From a bacterium (lineage in GTDB: Bacteria > Hinthialibacterota > Hinthialibacteria > Hinthialibacterales > Hinthialibacteraceae), in assembly GCA_963663405.2 (NCBI GenBank), contig CAXXSM010000079.1, positions 21,956-85,955 of the forward strand: DNA of 64,000 nt, in the 5' to 3' direction. Numbering within the stretch: position 1 is the stretch's first letter; every line of letters begins with the position of its first letter. Both the position numbers and the translations under genes were made by a program. A model generated the notes under the pieces. The model ran no database searches and had not been told where the DNA came from. It worked only from the letters and a program-made list of their open reading frames with translations. Shown piece by piece: positions 20,354 through 31,563 of the stretch.

Positions 20354-20627
20354 TTAAATTGAATTGATAATGATATACGTAAATCGAACGGTTCCGTCAC
20401 ATAAAAATCACGATTATTTTCTCCAAATGGGAAAATAATATCATCGAAATGGGAAATCTTTTCCATTTATTAAAATCAGAAAGCTGATCCTATATACCCA
20501 TGATTACACTACTTCGAGAAAAAGACAAGGGAGGGTGTCAAAAAGATGGAACGTTTGATCCACAGAAAGGGTACTCCTTAGCTATAGGAAAAGAATGTAG
20601 TAATGTTTTCACCAAAAGAACCGGCGC

Positions 20628-21530
20628 TCAATCCTGTCTCGAACGGCCCTGGGCGACGATCAAATCCGCCAATAATCCCATACACCCGATCAAAACCCCC
20701 GCGAGAACGAGAATAATATCGCCCTCCTGCAACGTGCCTTGTTCCGAAACAAAATCCATGATCCCCCGGACGCAGCCGATCAGAAACAACATCAATCCAA
20801 CCGGCATAAAAACACGTAGCGGATTGAAATACATCACCATACGTATAACGGTAGAAAGGTATTTTCCCGTATCTTTGATAGGATGAAATTTCGATTTCCC
20901 GATCCGCTTGTGATATTTTGATGGGATCCACTTCACTGCGTAACCGTTGCAGAGAAAAGCCAGTGTCATTGTCGTAACGCATGAAAAACCATCCGGGATC
21001 ACCCAAAGATATTTCATCATCACACTGCGTTTAAACGCTTTCAAGCCCGTATTCAAATCAGGAATTCGTTGTCCGGATAAATAAATCGCCAACCGGCGAA
21101 TCAACCATTTCGCAGGCACGCGAAGTAATTTCATCGTCCCTTCCTCGGACAACCTCTCACCGTTCACTTGGTCCCATTCGGGTAACAATTCCAACATTTT
21201 CGGGATATCGGCGGCGGTGTACGTTCCATCAGCGTCCAGCATGACGATCAGTTCACCTCTCGCTTCCCGGATTCCCGTTTTCCGGGCGGCGCCGGAACCG
21301 CCGTTGATTTGGCGTTTAACGATTCGTACGTTTTTTTCCTGCGCGATGGATACGGTCGCGTCTTGGGAACAGTCATCCACCACGAGGATTTCGTAGGCGT
21401 AGTCCGTCGAATTCATCGCGGTCCGCACTTCATCGATCACAGGCCCAATCGCGTCTTCCTCATTGAATGTGGGAAGAACAACGCTGACTTCGACTGGATT
21501 TTGGTCATTCGAATGTTCAGGCATAATCAT
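20628..21530 (-). CDS. GT2 polyprenol-phosphate glycosyltransferase (DPM/ArnC-like)
   Basis: VVLPTFNEE, VDDCSQD, MLDADGTY, DLNTGLKAF, RIGKSK; two C-terminal TM helices. Confidence 0.9.
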   Translation of the reverse strand: MIMPEHSNDQNPVEVSVVLPTFNEEDAIGPVIDEVRTAMNSTDYAYEILVVDDCSQDATVSIAQEKNVRIVKRQINGGSGAARKTGIREARGELIVMLDADGTYTAADIPKMLELLPEWDQVNGERLSEEGTMKLLRVPAKWLIRRLAIYLSGQRIPDLNTGLKAFKRSVMMKYLWVIPDGFSCVTTMTLAFLCNGYAVKWIPSKYHKRIGKSKFHPIKDTGKYLSTVIRMVMYFNPLRVFMPVGLMLFLIGCVRGIMDFVSEQGTLQEGDIILVLAGVLIGCMGLLADLIVAQGRSRQD

Positions 21531-21869
21531 TTATCTCCAATTAGCATTGTGCGGCGCGCAGAAAGAAGTTCAAGATCAGGAAGAGCAGGTTTTTCAGTTT
21601 TTTATTCTATCCACTTCAACGGCAAAACACATGCAAGATGAAACGCAGTGTAATCTTATATGTAACGCCTCGATCAATTCCAATCATTTTGCGGACATTG
21701 TTTTTCCACCAGTTTTTCTCCATTTCGTTGTACTTGTATATAAAAATACTCTGGATAGCGTTATACTAGAATCTTCAAAGGATACAGTCGAATTCATCTT
21801 TTATATGCGCTTTACTTATAGTTTGTAGAGAGTTTTTTTTCGAGTGAACACGCTAGAAAGGAATCCAAA

Positions 21870-23078
21870 ATGGAAAAAAAAGAAACCCGCCGTGAATTTG
21901 TCAAAAATACCGCCACCGCTGGATTGGGCATCGCGGCAATGAGTCAAATCGCGCCTTCTTCGGTTTTAGGCGCAAACGACCGCCTGCGTATTGGAGGCAT
22001 TGGAACGGGTGACCGTGGCACAGACCGCCTGCGCACCGCCAAGCGGCTCGGTTGTGAGATTGTCGCTCTATCGGACGTCAATGAAGCGATGTTGGACCGC
22101 TGTGATGAACGGTTGGATCAAAAAACAAAACGGTACGTTGATTATGGCGATTTATTGGCCCGTGATGACATTGATGGAGTCGTTGTCGCCGCGCCCGATC
22201 ATTGGCACCACAATATGTTCCTTGACACCCTTAAGGCGAAAAAAGACGTTTACATCGAAAAACCTCTCTCCCGCACGATTGAAGAAGGCCAAAACATGGT
22301 CAAAATCGCCAACGCTTCCAATCAAATCGTCCAAGTGGGCAACCACCGCCGCAGCGGGAAACATTGGGCGATCGCTCATGAAATCGTCGCATCCGGCGCC
22401 ATCGGCGCGATCCGCTACGTGCGCGCCTGGGATTGCCGGTACCGGTTGATCGACCCCTACCAGAGACGCGCGGAAGACAAGAATCTCTATAATCCGGAAC
22501 GAATCGACTGGCAACGCTTTTTAGGAAACGCCCCATCCCGCCCATTCGACGCGGAACGATGTTCGGCTTGGCGCTGGTTTTGGGATTACGCGGGAGGGTT
22601 AATGACGGATATCGGCCCTCACATGCTCGACGTCGCGATGTGGATCACCGAATGCCCCGGCCCCAAGCGAGTGGTCTGCAATGGTGGCAATTACCACTAT
22701 CCCCGCTGGGAAACGCCCGACAACGTTCACGCCATCCTGGACTGCTCCACTTACTCCATTGTCTTTGACGTGCAGTTCATGAATGGTTTCGAAGGCGACG
22801 GCGCCGCTTTCTACGGTGAAAAAGGAAGCGTCATTCAAGAGCGCGACGGGATGTTCCGGCAGTATGACACCGACAACAAAGTCGTGAAAGAATGGAAATA
22901 CGGTGATGAGGGAACCGCTCATATGCAGAACTTCATGGACTGCATCCGGTCGCGGAAAACCGCCAATTCCCCAGCGGATATCGCCCACCGGGTTATCGCT
23001 GGCGCGCATTTAGCTAATATCTCCTATCAGACCGGCAAACGAATCGGCTGGGATCCTCACAAAGAGAAGATTATTTAA
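21870..23078 (+). CDS. Tat-exported Gfo/Idh/MocA oxidoreductase
   Basis: TRREFVK, IGTGDRG, APDHWH, YIEKP, WDYAGGLMTDIGPH. Confidence 0.9.
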   Translation: MEKKETRREFVKNTATAGLGIAAMSQIAPSSVLGANDRLRIGGIGTGDRGTDRLRTAKRLGCEIVALSDVNEAMLDRCDERLDQKTKRYVDYGDLLARDDIDGVVVAAPDHWHHNMFLDTLKAKKDVYIEKPLSRTIEEGQNMVKIANASNQIVQVGNHRRSGKHWAIAHEIVASGAIGAIRYVRAWDCRYRLIDPYQRRAEDKNLYNPERIDWQRFLGNAPSRPFDAERCSAWRWFWDYAGGLMTDIGPHMLDVAMWITECPGPKRVVCNGGNYHYPRWETPDNVHAILDCSTYSIVFDVQFMNGFEGDGAAFYGEKGSVIQERDGMFRQYDTDNKVVKEWKYGDEGTAHMQNFMDCIRSRKTANSPADIAHRVIAGAHLANISYQTGKRIGWDPHKEKII

Positions 23079-23097
23079 CTGCAGGAGTTATGAAACC

Positions 23098-23454
23098 TTA
23101 TTCCTCATCCGATTGAAGGGTGTTTTGTAATTCCGTGATCCCTTCCATGAGAGTATTGATATCGTCTTTGATCGATGTATGGATCGTGACCAAGCTCAAT
23201 TGGATATGGGCGGCGGCTTTGACGACGGTGTCGATGATTTCCTCATGCGGATCTCCATGCCGGAGTTGTTCGATCGCTTCTTCAAGATTTTCTAAAATCA
23301 TTTTGTTGGTTTCGTACATTTCCGAAAGAGAAGAAAACGACCGGGAAAAAAAGAGCGGGGATAAATTTTCTTCGTTGACTTTTTCGGAGATCGACTGAAT
23401 TTCATTTAACATTCCATCCAACATTCTATCACGAAGGAAACGCACTTTAGCCAT
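23098..23454 (-). CDS. Hypothetical helical protein
   Basis: 118-aa ORF with GGAG RBS and coiled-coil character. Confidence 0.6.
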   Translation of the reverse strand: MAKVRFLRDRMLDGMLNEIQSISEKVNEENLSPLFFSRSFSSLSEMYETNKMILENLEEAIEQLRHGDPHEEIIDTVVKAAAHIQLSLVTIHTSIKDDINTLMEGITELQNTLQSDEE

Positions 23455-23590
23455 AATAAATGTCTCCCATTCTCATAGTCTCAAGAAATTAATACAATCA
23501 AAAAGTTGAAATTCGCTTCTTTATTGTACTCAATTTAATCATTGAAGAATACTCTATTCTTTGGATTTACGTTAAAAAAAGCATATAAAC

Positions 23591-23682
23591 TATCACGATC
23601 GAGATCACAACTGCAAATGAAAATGAGTTGCGGGAGTAAATACAAACGAGAATGTTTTCGAAACTCATTTTCATATAAAAGG
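23591..23682 (+). repeat. Dispersed structured element A, copy 4
   Basis: ATCACGATCGAGATCACAACTGCAAATGAAAATGAGTTGCGGGAGTAAATACAAACGAGAATGTTTTCGAAACTCATTTTCATATAAAAGG; about 14 nt before ATG 23696. Confidence 0.9.
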
Positions 23683-23695
23683 CAAAAAAAGTCCA

Positions 23696-24319
23696 ATGGA
23701 AAATACTACGATACAGCCGATAAAAAATATTATCTTCGATCTTGGCGGTGTGCTGATCACCTTCGATCCTCCTGGATTCATCGAAAAAGTGATCGAGCCC
23801 GCTGAAGTTCAATCCCGCTGTCACACACTGATCTTTAAAGGCCCTGAATGGATCGGTATGGATCGCGGGCAACTGACCGCCGAACAGGCCAAACAAGGGA
23901 TGATCGAACGCGATCCGGAAATGCGGCCCCAAGTGGAGCGCTTTTTCCAAACCTGGTTCGACATGTTTCATACCATCGATGAAACAGTTCCCATTCTGGA
24001 AGAACTGCGCGCAAAAGGATTTCATTTGTATATCCTTTCCAACTATATACGCGAGTGTTATGTATACGTCCGGAAAAAGTTCCGTTTCTTCGACTACTTT
24101 GAAGGTGAAGTAATCTCTTCCCACGAAGGATACGCCAAACCCGAAAAAGAGATCTACGAGTGTCTACTACAGAAATACAACTTAAAAGCGGAAGAATGTC
24201 TCTTCACCGACGATATGGAGGTCAATGTAGAAGGCGCGCGAGCGGTGGGAATCAACACGATCCGCTTCCAATCCGCACAGCAGTTTCGTGAGGAATTGAA
24301 AAAAAGGGGGATACTTTGA
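23696..24319 (+). CDS. HAD-family phosphatase (YihX-like)
   Basis: IFDLGGVL, LSN, KP, FTDD..NVEGA. Confidence 0.9.
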   Translation: MENTTIQPIKNIIFDLGGVLITFDPPGFIEKVIEPAEVQSRCHTLIFKGPEWIGMDRGQLTAEQAKQGMIERDPEMRPQVERFFQTWFDMFHTIDETVPILEELRAKGFHLYILSNYIRECYVYVRKKFRFFDYFEGEVISSHEGYAKPEKEIYECLLQKYNLKAEECLFTDDMEVNVEGARAVGINTIRFQSAQQFREELKKRGIL

Positions 24320-24375
24320 TTCATTGACGGAAATGAAATAGTTGGGGCGCCAAACACAAAAGAAAGGAATGAGTC

Positions 24376-24688
24376 ATGGAAAAAAGCAAACAAAAGAAGT
24401 TGGAACAAGCGGGCTGGAAAGTGGGTGACATTAAGGATTTTCTTAGACTATCGGATGAAGAAAGCGCTCTGATTGCTAAAACACAAACTCGTACAGCTCG
24501 TTCGAGAAACCAGGGCCAATCAAAACATGACTCAACACGCATTAGCGAAGATCCTTCACTCAAGCCAGTCCCGCATAGCGAAGATTGAAAACAGTTCTCC
24601 GGATGTTTCTATCGATCTGATCATGCGGGCGTTATTCGCAATGGGGGTAACAAATAAGGAGTTGGGGAAAGCGATCATTTCATCTTAA
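24376..24688 (+). CDS. XRE-family HTH protein / HigA-like antitoxin (frameshift near 24475)
   Basis: MEKSKQKKLEQAGWKVG..FLRLSDEE plus MTQHALAKILHSSQSRIAKIE..VSIDL, in two frames. Confidence 0.7.
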
Positions 24689-24700
24689 CTATCCTATCAA

Positions 24701-27148
24701 TCATCGATTCGGCGTAATCCGCGCTTCGTACCAAAGCGCGTGATCGCTGGTTGTGTCTCCTTGGGGGCCGGGGCCTGTTTCGAAGGTGAACGAAAGCAGG
24801 TGGCGTGAATGTTCGCTCAGGTCAATCTTGCGAATTCTCCAGGTCCGGTCTTCAGGACGTTCCTGCGGACGAAGCGCATCTTCAAAGAGTAAAAACCGTT
24901 TCCCCAGCGCGTGATTTCTCATGTAGAGCCGGTAATCCACACCATCGCTGCGATCCACAGCGTTAGGATGGATTCCATACTTAACTACAAGCGATTGATC
25001 GAATCCAATCCGAACCGGTGGGATTTCGATACGGTCCACACCCATGCCCGGATGCTGCAACACGGAGTAATAGACCAATCCATCGAGATTGATTTTCATC
25101 GTCTCGTTGTATCCATCCGGATGTAGATTCCGCTGCAACTCCCCTGCGAGCGCGCGAGTCAAATCGGTTGTCCACAACGTCTCTGAATAGAGACGCAAGT
25201 CTCCCCACTGGAGATCGTGCCCGGTATACGAAAACGTCAGATATTCAGGCCGTGATCCGGCGTAAATCCAAAACTCCTGCCAGCGTTTGCCTCCCGATTG
25301 TGGAACTACTGTGATTCGGCCGAGTTCCGTTTTATTCTGGTTGCGGACCGTCACACGGACAGGTTTGCCGCTGTGGACATTATGTCCCAATACCCATCCA
25401 TGCAGCCAGCGCCGTCCTTCTTTCCGAATGGGGGACAAGTCAATATGGAGCGCGGATTCTCCAGGCGGGATGACGGCGCCGATGTGTATTTCAACTCCAT
25501 CATCCATGATTTTTTTCGGTGGAGAGTCGCCATCAGGAGTATGCAGCAGCCCCATGAGTGAAACATGAGGCGACCAGAGCGATTCCCAAAGCTGTGTGCC
25601 CGTCTGTTCGTAGACTTTGGTATAGGATTTATTCAACCGTTCGTACAACGGCACGGCGTCAGACGAACGCATTGTGAAAGCGGTTTTGGAATCTCGCTGC
25701 GTAATCGCGACGAATTCAGGCCGGTAACGAATCAAAAATTTATCGGGGAGTGAGACTTTCACCGCATGATAGAAAAAAGCGGTTTCACATCCCGCATAGT
25801 AACCCATCGGATCCACACGATTTGTGTACAACAGGGGGCCGCCCATCGCCGATCGTCTCTCCTCTTGCAAACAATCCGTCGCGGCGGAACAAATCCGGCC
25901 AAGTTGAACTGACGTGAGTAATGGCGTTGTCGTTCGCAGGAAATACGTAACAGGAAGGGAAAACACAAGTAGAATGATTGTAAGAATGACCGCTCCCTGC
26001 CACCGCAGTCGATCGAGTATCAGGCCATACGCCACACAAAACAACGGAGTGAAATAAAAAAGACACCAGAAGTGATTCTGCGATCCACGCGAGAAAATCG
26101 CGAGATAGGCGAATGAAAAAGAAGCGAACACAACACACCAATGATGCAGCCCTTCCCGGTATTTTTTAGCGTATACAACCCATCCACACCACACCAGAGT
26201 TGTCAACGCGAGCGCAGGAGAGCCATAGTGAAAAACACGTTCCACCAGTGACGTCCACCATCTCCAATCGGAAAGTATTGGAGGCAGCCGGTACCCGGCG
26301 CTGGGCAGAAAGGTTCCCGATTGGACTGTGGCGTGATGCAGAAAAGTATCCAAGAATCCGATGGAATAGAGAGCGATCGCATACCCGATACTTGCTGTCA
26401 AAGCCAATCCCCAAACCAGGTAGACCGGCCGGTAATACGCCTTGCTTACATCCCGCCGGAACCAGGCAAAAACAAAGAGACATCCCGCAAAAAGGGGATA
26501 AGGCCAATCCAGAAGTGTACCCGCCACGGCCAACAATCCCAAACCAATAAACCGGCTCCAGCGGAAAGAATGATTCAATTCTTCAACCAAAACCGCGGTC
26601 CAAATCACACAGGCCACGACGAGTGGTTCAAAATTAACAACTCTGCCGGAAAAGAAAAACAAGGGAGCGAACGCGTACGCCATCACAACCGCTAACCGCC
26701 CATCCGCTGATATCTTTCCGTGTGTCAAACGCCAAAGCCCCCAAAAAGAAAGAATAAACGAGGCGAGTGGCACAATCCGGCTCGTTTGTTCAGAATCACC
26801 GAAGATCCAATAGAGAAACGCGAGGATAAGTTGCAGCAACGGTGGATGAATAGGATTGTAATTCGGTTCGGGATCTAAAAATGTAATCGTTGAAATCCCA
26901 TGCGTTTCCGAAAGACCGGGTTGGAGATGATGCCGTGCGATCATTTCTTGAAAACCGGTTTCATACGCAAGCATGTAGGGATCTCCAAATCGCCACAACT
27001 GCCCTGCGAGAGCGGCGCCAAAAACCAGGATCAACGCGGCTTTCCGCCACGATGACATATGGTTTCGATCCCGATCGCTTTCACCGGTTCGCAACAATCG
27101 AATCAATACATTCTTCACGTCAAATCCTTTTCTGACAACGATGGTCAA
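24701..27148 (-). CDS. ArnT/PMT (GT-C) family membrane glycosyltransferase with large periplasmic C-terminus
   Basis: HPPLL motif, multi-TM region, RVVNFEP; the start may instead be ATG 27058. Confidence 0.7.
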   Translation of the reverse strand: MTIVVRKGFDVKNVLIRLLRTGESDRDRNHMSSWRKAALILVFGAALAGQLWRFGDPYMLAYETGFQEMIARHHLQPGLSETHGISTITFLDPEPNYNPIHPPLLQLILAFLYWIFGDSEQTSRIVPLASFILSFWGLWRLTHGKISADGRLAVVMAYAFAPLFFFSGRVVNFEPLVVACVIWTAVLVEELNHSFRWSRFIGLGLLAVAGTLLDWPYPLFAGCLFVFAWFRRDVSKAYYRPVYLVWGLALTASIGYAIALYSIGFLDTFLHHATVQSGTFLPSAGYRLPPILSDWRWWTSLVERVFHYGSPALALTTLVWCGWVVYAKKYREGLHHWCVVFASFSFAYLAIFSRGSQNHFWCLFYFTPLFCVAYGLILDRLRWQGAVILTIILLVFSLPVTYFLRTTTPLLTSVQLGRICSAATDCLQEERRSAMGGPLLYTNRVDPMGYYAGCETAFFYHAVKVSLPDKFLIRYRPEFVAITQRDSKTAFTMRSSDAVPLYERLNKSYTKVYEQTGTQLWESLWSPHVSLMGLLHTPDGDSPPKKIMDDGVEIHIGAVIPPGESALHIDLSPIRKEGRRWLHGWVLGHNVHSGKPVRVTVRNQNKTELGRITVVPQSGGKRWQEFWIYAGSRPEYLTFSYTGHDLQWGDLRLYSETLWTTDLTRALAGELQRNLHPDGYNETMKINLDGLVYYSVLQHPGMGVDRIEIPPVRIGFDQSLVVKYGIHPNAVDRSDGVDYRLYMRNHALGKRFLLFEDALRPQERPEDRTWRIRKIDLSEHSRHLLSFTFETGPGPQGDTTSDHALWYEARITPNR

Positions 27149-27831
27149 TCATTGGATGGAGGCGCGAAATTTCTCGGTTGTGGGATTTCAGAGGTGGGAA
27201 TTGGGGCGTCTTTCAGCGCGTTATTCAGGGCATCTTGTTTTTCAGCGACTTGCGCGTTCAGTTCTTCCAAGGCGGATTTTGTTTTTTCCATATTCGCAAG
27301 ATTAAACGTCTTTTTCTGTGCGATGTCTTCCTGCTGAATCTTCAATTCACTCAAATCCTTCATGAGATAATAGCCGGAGATAGCAAGCGTTACAACTAAA
27401 AAGAATAGCGCGGCCATTGAAAACTGAAGGACCAGCGAGAGCAGCATAAAGACTCCCCCCACAATCCCCAGCAGAACGGAATTAATTCCAGGGATTACAC
27501 TGGGCTTCAAGGAGGCGTTCTGAAACTCAAGCGTCTCCAACCGTTCGTTCATATCACTTCGTTTTCGCTTCAGGGATTCGATCTCTTCTTTCAGAGCCTC
27601 CGCATCAACAGCGGGTTCCCCCGGGCCGCCTTCTCGATTGACTTGCCGCTGCGCTTCTTCAATCAATGTATCAAGTTGATCGACATTATAACGGGTTTCC
27701 CCGGCGAGAGTATTCAGCGCCTCGATAAAATCTTCTTGCGCCGCGGATTCAACGGATCTCAGAAGCCCTTCCGGAAAAGAGATCTCGCTGCGGTGCACTT
27801 GGAATGCGAGATTGAACGCTGCGCTTTTCAT
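27145..27831 (-). CDS. Hypothetical coiled-coil membrane protein
   Basis: Coiled coil, two TM helices, coiled coil. Confidence 0.65.
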   Translation of the reverse strand: MKSAAFNLAFQVHRSEISFPEGLLRSVESAAQEDFIEALNTLAGETRYNVDQLDTLIEEAQRQVNREGGPGEPAVDAEALKEEIESLKRKRSDMNERLETLEFQNASLKPSVIPGINSVLLGIVGGVFMLLSLVLQFSMAALFFLVVTLAISGYYLMKDLSELKIQQEDIAQKKTFNLANMEKTKSALEELNAQVAEKQDALNNALKDAPIPTSEIPQPRNFAPPSND

Positions 27832-28177
27832 TTGTTATCACAGTATTGCGGGTTTTGCATTCGCACGTTGATTTAACTTATAACAATACCACAGTTTTTC
27901 GAGAAAGGCAAAAAACCAATTTTTCTTGCACGAAATGGTCAATATGGTCAATAGACGAAGATGACAATCGTTTCCTATAGATATCGGCCTTGATTCACTT
28001 TTTCTATACAACAATCCTTCCGGTTCGCCTCAAAGAATCTTTTTATCGCTTCTTCTTTTGAATTTTCAACAAATCATATTACAGCATATATATTTTATAC
28101 GAAAGAAAAAAATGATAGAAAAGAGAATTGTTTCTGTCATCACTTGAGAGCATTTGTGTTTTAAGCCTATGGAATTA

Positions 28178-29120
28178 TTAGAGTGATAAATGTTGGCGAT
28201 ACCATTCAATCGTTTTTTCCAAACCGGCTTCGAAACGGATCTGGGGTTCGTACCCGAGTATAGACCGGGCCTTTTCAATCGAAGCGCAGGAATGTTGAAT
28301 ATCACCGGGACGGGGCGGCGCAAAGACCGGCTCGATATTTTTTCCTAAGATTTCATTAATGGTTTGAACGATGTCCAAAACACTATATCGCTCACCACAA
28401 GCTACGTTGATGACCTGCCCCGGCGCTTGTTCCGCCGTCAGAGCGGCCATATTCGCCTGCACGTTATTGTCGACGTAGGTGTAATCCCGCGAGGCCGATC
28501 CATCGCCATAAATCACGGGTTGTTTATCTTGCAGCATTAGAGGAATAAATATCGCCATGACGCCGGTATAGGGGGAATCGGGATTCTGCCGGGGACCGAA
28601 CACATTGAAATATCGAAGCGATACGGTTTCCAGCCCGTAGCTATGATAAAACGCTTTGCAATAATATTCCCCCGCCAGTTTCGCCGCTCCATACGGAGAA
28701 ATCGGACAAGGGGACAACTCCTCATGTTTGAAAGAAACGTCCACATCCCCATACGCTGAAGACGACGCGGAATAGAGAAACCGCTTCACACCCGCGTCCC
28801 GCGAGGCGATCAACGCGTTCAGGATTCCCGTTGTATTGTGCTCGTGGCTTTCCGCTGGATTTTTTACGGAGCGGGGAACGGACGGGAGCGCGGCCTGATG
28901 CAAGACATATTCCGCGCCGATTATGGCTTGTTTTACTGCGTCCCCATCCCGCAGATCGATCTCATGCAGGGTGATCCGGTCCCGGAACGGTATTAGATTT
29001 TCACGAAGCCCCGTAACGAAATTATCAATCACATGCACTTCGTGATTCTCGGCGAGTAAGCGATCAATCAAGTGAGAACCGATGAAACCGGCGCCTCCCG
29101 TCACTACAAAAACGTGCCAT
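28178..29120 (-). CDS. NAD-dependent UDP-sugar 4-epimerase (WbpP-like SDR)
   Basis: VTGGAGFIGS, HQAALPSV, YGAAK, RYFNVFGP. The true ATG is probably 29120, with one extra T in a T-run. Confidence 0.9.
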
Positions 29121-29337
29121 CCGTAGTTCCTCACAATCAAATTTGTCTCGTTCTTTTCACGATCACATAAGTTAGGGCGATCATAAAAACGTATAATACA
29201 CAGTAAAAGAAACTATAATTTTAGCCGTATGGGTAATGTTTCGTACACCCCCTATAGAAACACTTCAAGATTTAATACCAAAATGGACACATGAAAATGA
29301 GCAGCGGCAAAGCTCTATTTTAAGGGTGAAAATGGAT

Positions 29338-30019
29338 TTAAAAGGGGCGATCCATCGAGAGAGGGTGGATGGGTGGATCGGGATCCGGATCCAGCGTCAA
29401 CCGGGGGCGCTGATCGTTGGAGACTGAGGATTCTTTAGAAAACAACGCAACATTCGCGGTTCCCTGAAGAACAAACGCAAGCGTGGATTGTCCTTTCAAG
29501 AGATCCACATGCGCTGTAAAAACCGGACACACAGCGGAATCAATCACATGCTCTTGAAGCAAGGAACCTCGTTCATTCGGACCCGGCCGCGCCTGGGATT
29601 TCCCAGGGCCTGGAATTATAATGTTGATGACTCCATGTTGGATAATCACTGTCTACTGGAGGGGGATAGTGATAATCTCCTGGATCCGTCCAATCGACCG
29701 CATTCAGTCTATAGACCGCCATGGTTCCACTCGTAATAAAATCAGAAATAGTGAATTCCAGTTTGAATTCATATTTTCCAGGAGAGATAGTAAGGTTATC
29801 AAATTTAAGAACACTTATTTTAGTTACATTTCGAATCGCGAAAATATACCCATTGGAGAGCATGGGAGCCTCCTCTTTGATGTAAACTTCCCCTGATCCC
29901 GTATAGCCGTTCTCTCCTTCTTGAAAGGTATAGGTTTGCGCTTCCGCTATTCTTGTCACTAATAACGCACATAAAAAAACGATTAAATAACCTGTACGTC
30001 TTGTCGTTTCTTGATCCAT
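29338..30019 (-). CDS. Secreted DNRLRE/CBM96-like protein (frameshift near 29585)
   Basis: Signal peptide, TFQEGENGYTG, VLKFD, PTW...PWEIPGA, then FSKE...QRPRLTL in a second frame. Confidence 0.55.
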
Positions 30020-30347
30020 TATTTTTTCTCCTTTCTTCGCAGGATGCCGGGGAATATATAGTGGAGCGTAGTCAGGAAAATCCACTCTCCCACTCATTGT
30101 AAAAACACCGCAAAAACGAGCGGATACATCCTGCGCAGGATCGTTTTTTGAAGGGAAAAAACACAATCCGGATCGATTGTAAGAATGGGCAGTTCAATCC
30201 GTGTGGCTTGGGTTCAATCCCCATTCCGAGATACAATTCCCAACATAAACCAAATCCTGGAATGATTCGTCTGGAAATGGAGATTGTTTCACTTCGTCCC
30301 TTTGTACTACTATTCCTAGTGGATGAGATCCCCTTGGAGGAAACTAG

Positions 30348-31484
30348 ATGGAAATATCGGACCTATTCAAACTTACAGCGGAGAAGGGCGCTTCCGATCT
30401 TCTCTTAACCGCGGGCGCGCCTCCCATCCTCCGTATCCATGGAAAATTGAAACGCACGGACTACGCCGCTCTTTCTCCGAATGAAGTCAAGCGGTTGGTC
30501 TATAGCCTGTTAAATGAACAGCAACGCTTGACTTATGAGCAAAACAAGGAATTGGACCTTTCCCTTGGAATGGGCGCGCACCACCGGTTCCGTGTCAACG
30601 TGTATCTTCAGAAAGGGTGTGTGGCGGCGGCGTTCCGGCCCATCCCCAGGACAATACCGAAATTAAAAGATCTCGGCCTGCCACCGATTGTCTACGATCT
30701 GTCGTTTCTGCCTCATGGAATGATTCTAGTCACCGGCCCGACCGGCCACGGCAAATCGACGACGCTGGCTTCGATGATCGACCTGATCAATACGAACAAG
30801 CAATGCCATATTATCTCGATTGAAGATCCGATCGAATACATTCATTCCCATAAAAACAGTATCATCGATCAACGGGAGTTGGGGGGAGACACCTTGTCCT
30901 TCTCTGGAGCGTTGAAATATGTGCTGCGGCAGGATCCCGATGTGATTCTCGTCGGCGAGATGCGGGATCAGGACACAATTTCAGCGGCGTTAACCGCGGC
31001 GGAAACCGGTCACTTGGTATTGGCGACGCTGCATACAAACGACGCCGTACAAACCATTGACCGGATTATCGATGTATTTCCCGAACGCCAGCAACAGCAA
31101 GTGCGCGTCCAGCTCTCACTCACGCTGCGGGCGATTATCTCGCAGCGATTGCTTCCAAAAGCAGATGGAAATGGGCGAGTTCTGGGCCTGGAGGTTCTTA
31201 AAAACGTTCATTCTTCCGCCAATCTGATCCGTGAAGCGAAAACCCATCAGCTCTATAGCGTGATCGAGACCGGCACAAAGGAAGGCATGTCCACCATGGA
31301 CGCGTCCTTAATCCATCTTACCCAAAAAGGCTTGATTACGATGGAAGAAGCGCGGATTCACATGCGCAATCCACAAGCGCTTTTAGAAGCCACCATGAAC
31401 CAACCCATCGACAAAAAAACACAGACGGCCGTCAAACAACCCGAAGCCAATGGCAATAAATCAAGGCTATGGAGCCGGTCGTAG
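30348..31484 (+). CDS. pilT: Type IV pilus retraction ATPase
   Basis: ASDL, VTGPTGHGKSTT, EDPIEY, LRQDPD, GEMRD, AETGHLV, TLHTN. Confidence 0.9.
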   Translation: MEISDLFKLTAEKGASDLLLTAGAPPILRIHGKLKRTDYAALSPNEVKRLVYSLLNEQQRLTYEQNKELDLSLGMGAHHRFRVNVYLQKGCVAAAFRPIPRTIPKLKDLGLPPIVYDLSFLPHGMILVTGPTGHGKSTTLASMIDLINTNKQCHIISIEDPIEYIHSHKNSIIDQRELGGDTLSFSGALKYVLRQDPDVILVGEMRDQDTISAALTAAETGHLVLATLHTNDAVQTIDRIIDVFPERQQQQVRVQLSLTLRAIISQRLLPKADGNGRVLGLEVLKNVHSSANLIREAKTHQLYSVIETGTKEGMSTMDASLIHLTQKGLITMEEARIHMRNPQALLEATMNQPIDKKTQTAVKQPEANGNKSRLWSRS

Positions 31485-31503
31485 TTCATTCAAGATAAAA
31501 AAC

Positions 31504-31541
31504 AAAACCGGGGATCATGTTGAATCAATCCCCGGTTTTTT
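31504..31541. terminator. Bidirectional intrinsic terminator between convergent genes
   Basis: AAAACCGGGGAT...ATCCCCGGTTTTTT. Confidence 0.8.
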
Positions 31542-31563
31542 ATTGAATTAGAATTCCGCCCTA

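Noticed and set aside
20425-20468. AAATGGGAAA direct and inverted repeats
   Set aside because: Too short and AT-rich to support an operator call.
30185-30240. GGTTCAATCCC resembling a tRNA T-arm
   Set aside because: No acceptor stem or cloverleaf can be built.
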